A stretch of DNA of 64,000 nt, from NCBI RefSeq assembly GCF_037042905.1, contig NC_087246.1, positions 2,792,001-2,856,000 of the forward strand, in the 5' to 3' direction. Positions 57,324 through 64,000 of this stretch are shown here, piece after piece (positions within the stretch are counted from its first letter, which is position 1; each line of letters begins with the position of its first letter). The position numbers were made by a program, and so were the translations under genes. The DNA comes from Lytechinus pictus (Eukaryota). A model generated the notes under the pieces. The model was not told the DNA's origin. It worked only from the letters and a program-made list of their open reading frames with translations, and ran no database searches.

Positions 57324-60300
57324 CAGTAGTGTAACTACCAGGGGGCATGGGGGGCACGTGCCCCCCCCCCCCCCATCGGCTGCCCCCCCCCCCCCCATGG
57401 GCGGAAATCCCAGGGGGGACAGGGGGGACGTGTCCCCCCTACCAAAAATAGTAGGGGGGACACAATATCAAATGTCCCCCCTACTATTTTTGTATTTTAT
57501 GATGAAAAAATGCATCACTCACATTCGAAATAATACATGTATTTTAGACTAAATGACCTTACATTTTGGGTGAAAACCTTTTTTTTTTGCTTTTCAAATT
57601 TTCCAGAGTGAATAAAATAAGATGAGGGGAAGACTTGGAAAATAAAAAAAATCTTTCATGTCACTATATAAAATTTTCGGTCGCGCTTCGCGCTCACATT
57701 GCCTGTTAGGTGATTGTTCAATATGGAGCTTAAATATCAAGTTTGTAAGTCAATATACATTACACATTTCACCTCGGAAATCGAACTTTCATTATTTTGT
57801 GTGATTTACAAACTGATTTTAAAAAGTGCTCTGTTAAAATGACAGCTTTATGGTCTGAATAAGTACCTTTTATTTTCGTGTATTCCATTTAGTTTGAAAA
57901 ATATCCCTTTTCAAGTCTGATTGTCAAAACGTATCAGATAGCGCTATACTCGCTCGCATTTTGATTGGCGAGTTATGTATGTCTCAATATTGATTTTCAT
58001 GACAGTTTTTCAAAGATTTTGGCTCTCGATTTGCGCTCGCATAGATGCATTCTATTCATAATTACAAAAGTGCTTGAAATGTCCAGTTTTCAGGCCATAA
58101 TATCATCAGATTTCTCGCCCTCATTAGGCATTAATAAATAAGATATTAATTTAATTATTAAATTGTCCCTTTTTTTTATCTCGCGCTTAGCAAGAGGAAT
58201 ATGATGATAGTCATCATTTTCATATGACATGTCCTAAGGATGTCCCGGTCATATATGTCAAAACTCAAATGATAATGAAAACTATCAGCTCTTTATTAAC
58301 TGATTAAGTGCGATCCATATCCACCTCACAATTTTCCTACATATTGCTTGAAATAAATAGCTGAAATTGACTCTTTTTTCAGAACGGAATATTAAATAGT
58401 TCAAGCTCGCGCTTCGCGCTCGCTTTGATTTTGATGATAAAAGATGTATTTAGAATGCCTAGATTCTAGGTCTAAATATGAAACACGCGCGCGCATGTTT
58501 ATTCAGATACTCAACTTGTTCTCTATTTAAACAATTATCCAGTTTCAGATAACAATATCAAAAATTTTCTGCTCGCGCTTAGTGCTCGCATTATTAATGA
58601 AGGAAGATCCCCTATTACTCATTATTTTCATGATTTACAAAACGTGAATAGAGTGTCCCGTTTTTAGGTCTAAATCTCGAATTTTTTTTCCGCTCGCGCT
58701 TCGCGCTCGCATCAATTGTTTAGTTATATACCTATCTGTTTAAATTACAAAAAGTGCTTAGAATTTTCTTTCCTTAGGTAAAATTTCAGCTCGCGCTTCG
58801 CGCTCGTATTAGTTAATTTTTAAAATGTGTAACGTCTTCATGGCTAACTGCAAGCAGTCTTTAACAGGTACCTTTTCCATCAGTTCATTTCTGCTCGCGC
58901 TTCACGTTTGTAGTAATTATTCATTTACATACACATCTTTCTCAGGATAGCAAACATTGCCCAGAAATGTTCAAAATTTTAGGAAAAAATACATAATATT
59001 TCTAAAAAAATTTAGCTCGCGCTTCGCGCTCGCATTATATAAATAAGGATTATGATATTATATATATATGTTTATTCATAAGAATAAAGCTAAGAAGTGA
59101 CCATGAGGACTACCCCTTCAATGAAACAAACAAAAATCATCTTCGAGCGGCCGATCGGGGATTAACATATTATGGCTGAAAAAAAATCGCCCCCCCTATT
59201 GGCGAAGGCTGGATCCGCCCCTGTGGTCCCCCCTACCTTTCGGGACAGATTTCCGCCCATGCCCCCCCCCCCCCAAAAAAAAAAAAAAAAAAAAAAAAAC
59301 ACGGGGAAAAGGAGAAAAAGAGGGAGAAAGGAAGAGAAACGTAATGGGGAAAGAAGAAATTATTGTTTATTATAATGTTATATTATATCATAATTATGTT
59401 ACATAAGAAGCATTTTTTTCATGACTTTATGAAACAGTTTGCTCAGGGCCTATGTCTTCATTGTTCCTGGTGCTCGCATAGACTGTTTAACGAGATGTAT
59501 AATCCTGTTGTACTAAAACATCCCGTTTTCAAATCAATATACACCAAATATATTTCCTCGCAGTTCGAGTTATTATTGTTTTATGTAGTGACATTTGCTT
59601 CTTTTTCATGACTACATTTCCTGTCCGTGCTAACGTTCGCATTAGTTGATTGGTGAGATGTCTGCTCTTCATGAATTCCTAAAATCAGTCCTTAAAATGT
59701 CGATTTTTCTGATCTGAATATCACAAATTTTTAGCTCGCGCTTCGCGCTCGCATCATTTGGTTAGTGAAATACGTAAGGACTTAGTGGATTCCTACAAAC
59801 AAGCCTTAGAATGCCCCTCTTCAGGTCTAAATTTCATAAATTTTCAGCTCACGCTTCGCGCTCGCAGTATTTGATTAGTGAGATGCGTATGGTAATGTTT
59901 AGATGTAATTCTAACAAAATCAGCAAAGGATGCCACTATAATTAGATGACTATGCTGAGATATTTATACTCTTAATGGATACCTAAAATATAGTCCTTAA
60001 AATGTCCCTGTTTGGGGTCAATATATACAAAAATTTCAGCTCGCGCTTCGCACTCGCATAGTTTGTTTAGCGAGACAGGTACGCATCACGATTACAAAAA
60101 ATTTGCTTATAATGTCCCTTTTAGGTCTGAATATCAAAAAATGTCAGCTCGCGCTTCGCGGTCGCATTATTTAATCAGTGAGATACTTATCCGTTTAATG
60201 GCATTGCATGTCCTTAAAATTTCTCTATTAGGTCAGCATACCTGGCAACTGAGCGCGCTCCCTAAGTGACACCAAATTTGTGGTGGTGCCCCCCCCCCCC

Positions 60301-60336
60301 CCCCCCCCAATTGCCGTGACCCACGGTACGCCACTG
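57324..60336. mobile_element. hAT-like non-autonomous element with the 8-bp duplication TACCTATA, containing nested elements
   Basis: TACCTATA|CAGTAGTGTAAC...GGTACGCCACTG|TACCTATA. Confidence 0.8.
57396..59261. mobile_element. Nested TIR element inserted in a poly-C tract
   Basis: CATGGGCGGAAATC...GATTTCCGCCCATG flanked by C-runs; contains a further element end GGATCCGCCCCTG at 59211-59223. Confidence 0.8.
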
Positions 60337-60708
60337 TACCTATATATTCTATAACAACTACTTGAATTCCCCCCATTTAAACATTTCGGATCGCGATTTG
60401 CGCTCGCATTATTTGCTATAAATGTATCAACCCATGAATGCTGTTCATGATAACAAAAAATATAAAATATCCAGTTTTTTAGGCCTCGTGCACTGTCAAC
60501 AAATTTCACGCACTCATTAGGCTTATTAGATTAATAAATATGAAATAATTTTTTTTTATGAATTCATAACTAAATTGTCCCTTTTTCAGGAAAAAACATC
60601 GACAAGTTTTATGAAGAGGAATAAAAGATAGGCATCATTTTTACATAATGAAAAAATGTCCTTAGGCCTAAAATGTCTCGATCCTAGTTTAAAATAATAA
60701 TAAAATTA

Positions 60709-61071
60709 TTCACCAGCAACTCTACCAGCCTGTCTCACCAAATCAAGGGCAACATCACATGCACTACCACTAATGTTGTATATCTCATCACTTGCAGAGT
60801 TTGTAGGGTACAATACATAGGGGAAACCAAGACCACACTCAAGAAACGATTCTACGGGCACAGATCCACCGTCAACACAGCAAAGCTGGACACTCCAGTT
60901 GGCCGCCATTTTAACCTCCCCAACCACTCCATCACTGACATGATGCTACAGGGCATCGAATCTTTAGGTACCCGTCCTGACTCAGTCCGTACTAGCAGGG
61001 AGAAGCTCTGGATGAGACGACTTCGCACCACCCAACCTCATGGCCTGAACATCCAAGAGGGGAACGACTGA
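60709..61071 (+). pseudogene. Penelope-type GIY-YIG endonuclease domain (no start codon, frame intact)
   Basis: FTSNSTSLSHQIKGNITCTTTNVVYLITCRVCRVQYIGETKTTLKKRFYGHRS...PVGRHFNLPNHS...REKLWMRRLRTTQPHGLN*: VVY..CxxC..YIGET, R..H, HF and GLN motifs. Confidence 0.9.
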
Positions 61072-61394
61072 TTTTTCTTTCCTATCCACTTTCAATTTAT
61101 ATATACATATAACTTTTCCCCTCAGCTCTTTTGAATAGTTACATTATAGTTTCTTACTCTACTTTCCTCCCATATCTCATACAAGCTCAGCTCCAATTTT
61201 TCCTTCCTTACTCAGGCGATATAATAATTATTATATATATATATATATATATTTGTTTTTTCTCCACTCACCTCTTTTAGATTTACCACATTTGCTTATT
61301 TACATGTATACTATGGTTTCTTCATAATACACCCCCTCTCTTCTATATTTGCTTTTACCTTTTTAGGCAATTTGCTTCCTCTTTTTCACATATA

Positions 61395-61429
<35 letters not shown>

Positions 61430-62028
61430 CTTCTTCCCCCCCCCCTACTTTATAGTCTTATGTTTTTTTCCTGTCACACCTAGCGGATTACAATATCAGT
61501 TACACTATATGTGTATTTATTTATTTTTTCATATACATTTCTTTTTTGGATATTTTTATATACATATCACTTATAGATACATATTTACACTTACCTTCTT
61601 CTCTTAGTTTGTTTAATGCTTTATCATATATATTTATATGTCTTTTGCACATTATCAGTTGTTCCCCATTCTTTTTCTTTTTTTCCCCCACTCTTATGCA
61701 CCAGTTTATTAAGCCTTTCTTTGTAACCTGTTTGACCCACCTCTCACTAATTCTCTTGTTTTTCATCCCATTATCACTGTTTTGTTCCAGATCCTGTTTG
61801 ATGTTGCCTGCCTCATTATTTCAATCCCTCTTGGCTTGAGGTCTTTTACTGGCCTTACTTACACTAACTTCCCTTTGTGTCTGCCTACTCCTTTTCTTTC
61901 ATCCCCTTCACTAACCTGATTGGTCTTCTCTACTCACTAATGCCCCTTTTGTCTCCTTGTTTCTAGTGTTGCTGTAGCTTGTTTGTGGTCTATATTATGG
62001 TTGTTCCACTTTATATGTTTGTCATTTT

Positions 62029-62067
62029 GCCTCCGACGAAGATTCTGCTAGGATCGAAAGCTTAGGC
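62029..62067 (+). ncRNA. Candidate minimal type-I hammerhead ribozyme (variant core)
   Basis: Stem I GCCU/AGGC; core CCGACGA (canonical CUGANGA); stem II GAUUCU/AGGAUC; GAAA; palindromic AAGCUU stem III. Confidence 0.65.
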
Positions 62068-62275
62068 CCCTTTTTGACTTTCTATAATAATAAAATATCA
62101 GCTCGCGCTTCGCGCTCGCATCATTTATTAAGTGCTTTCCACATCCACTTCACAATTCCCCTATTTACACAGTGCTTTATATATTGCTTAAATTGACCCT
62201 TTTCAAATATTATTTCCAGCTCGCGATCCGCGCTCGCATTATTGATTTTCATGATGAAAAATGAAATGTATTCAG

Positions 62276-62470
62276 AATTATTATTATTATTATTTTATTA
62301 TTTTTGTTTTGGCGTCACCTGTGCCTGGGAAGCGAAAAGCGAACTGAATCACTATGACCCGCAGGTCTCTCCTCCCGATATAACTGATTGGGGGGAATGC
62401 AGGTGGACCACTACACCGGGGTTTCCCCCTACTCTTATACGAATAGTGCAGTGGGTTCTTAACGTGCAAA
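62276..62470 (-). mobile_element. Short retroposon/SINE-like 3' fragment with an (AAT)n tail
   Basis: GC-richer block that interrupts the host repeat (compare GATGTATTTAGAATGCCTAGATTCT at 58443-58467) and is bounded by an (ATT)n run. Confidence 0.5.
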
Positions 62471-63525
62471 GAATGCCCAGATTCTGTCTAACTCTAAAAC
62501 ACGTGCACGCATGTTTATTGAGATACGCAAATTAAAAACGTGCTAAAATTATCCAGTTTCAGATCAGAATATCAAAAATTTTCTGCTCGCGCTTTGCGCT
62601 CACATTATTTATGTAGGAAGATACCAAAAACTACCCATCATTTTTCATAAGTGACAAAACATGAATCGAGTGTCCCGATGGGGGTTTGAAATCTATTTTT
62701 TTAGGCTGGAATATCAATAATGTTCAGCTCGCGCTTCGCGCTCGCATTATTTAATCGTTGAAATATGTATCGTCTTAATGGCTAACTGCAAAACTTCCTT
62801 CACAGATCCCTTTTCGACCAGGCGTTACATACGCATCTTGTTTGGGTTCACAAACATTGCCCAGAATGTTAAATTTTCAGGTCAAAATGCATGAAATTTA
62901 ATCTTTTTTTTTATCTCGCATAGGGCGTATGAGATTATTGCACATTAATGTTATTTATAAAGTAAAGCTAGGAAATGACTGTTAGGACATGGGCGTTTTG
63001 CCCCCCCCCCCCCCAAAAAAAAAAAAAAAAAAAAAAATCACGACCAAGAAAAAAAAGAGAGAAAAGGAAAGGGATTATGGTGAAATATAATATTATTTTC
63101 CAATTATGTCAAATATTTCGCGTTATCATTATTTATTTAGGCCTTGTGAGATACCTCAATGTGTTTTTAAGAATAAAATTTCGGAATTTCTTTAACTTCT
63201 ACCCCCCCCCCATTTTATTTATTTTTTCTTGGTGCCCTCTACAAAAGTTCAACAAGCCCCCCCCCCCCCCCCCCCGTGCAACCCTGCTGAATAAATTACA
63301 GCTTCGCCACTGATGAGGAGATTGATGAGTCGATTGCTTCGAGATTGCATTATTCCCAAGAGGTTATCATTGATATTATTGAAGGCTATTCTAAACAACT
63401 AGTAAAGAAACTACAGCTCCCGTTCACACAATATTCTAGTAGGGCCTACTCTGGTGGAAAGTTAAACCAAGTTGAGACCCCCAAAAATCTCTCGCGCTTC
63501 GCGCACCCATTGATATTACATTATA

Positions 63526-64000
63526 CAGTGCGTCCAAGAAAAAACGAAACTGAGATTTAGCGATGATTTATCATAACTTAATCACAAATGAAATATACAA
63601 ATGACCTACCAATGTAAAGCTTAGAATCTTCTCTTTCATCTGATATTATTTAGATTATTTCTCCTTCACGCATGAGTGAGCAAAAACAATTTGAAGAGGG
63701 GATACCAAAAAGTAATTTGGCGGGTTGTATCTAGCTTTCAAAAGGAAAACCACATTTTTAAAACGTTTAATATGTGCTCTTTAATTTGATACCTCAATTA
63801 CAGAAAATGGTCAAGAAATAAAAAAGTTCTGGTTATTTGAAATAAGGCTTGAATTTCAATAATTTCATGAAATGAAGAGGTTTTACAGGCTAGCGTTCAA
63901 ACTCACTCGACACTCCGTTTTGTTTACGATCAGCCATGCATTAAGTCTTTTGTTAACCATGCGATAGCTTCTGTGGGAAACCGGTGAAATTATGGAAATT
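63526..64000. mobile_element. Second copy (cut by the window edge) of the Tc1/mariner-like fold-back MITE
   Basis: TA|CAGTGCGTCC.AGAAAAAACGAAAC.GAG..., colinear with 40826 onward. Confidence 0.92.

Larger units (their letters stand above)
60707..62083 (+). mobile_element. 5'-truncated Penelope-like retroelement
   Basis: GIY-YIG coding tail, ~1-kb T/C-rich 3' region, terminal hammerhead-like motif; flanked by the 13-bp repeat ATAATAATAAAAT (60694-60706 and 62084-62096). Confidence 0.85.

Noticed and set aside
60706..60927. Minus-strand 73-aa ORF
   Set aside because: Antisense shadow of the plus-strand GIY-YIG frame.
56890..63510. Repeat-spacer pattern resembling CRISPR
   Set aside because: Spacers are long, variable in length and homologous to each other; the motifs lie inside TIR elements.

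Overview
AT-rich, intron- and transposon-rich animal genomic DNA; the repeat families suggest an echinoderm such as a sea urchin (inference, not proven). The main feature is a complete ERK1/2-type MAP kinase gene on the minus strand, reconstructed by hand as join(complement 50106-50242, 26000-26126, 23014-23069, 20804-20993, 12277-12481, 10905-11063, 9591-9700, 8032-8150, 6730) = 1104 nt, 367 aa, with a TEY activation loop. Two of its introns are U12-type (minor spliceosome), and one appears to sit at the position of the p38/JNK minor intron. The stop codon is apparently split by the last intron. Introns and flanks hold many non-autonomous DNA transposons, several of them nested, plus LINE and DIRS remnants, a 7SL-like repeat head, a satellite with a higher-order duplication, and a truncated Penelope-like element with an intact GIY-YIG domain and a candidate minimal hammerhead ribozyme. 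A probable first coding exon of a neighbouring gene lies at the left edge.
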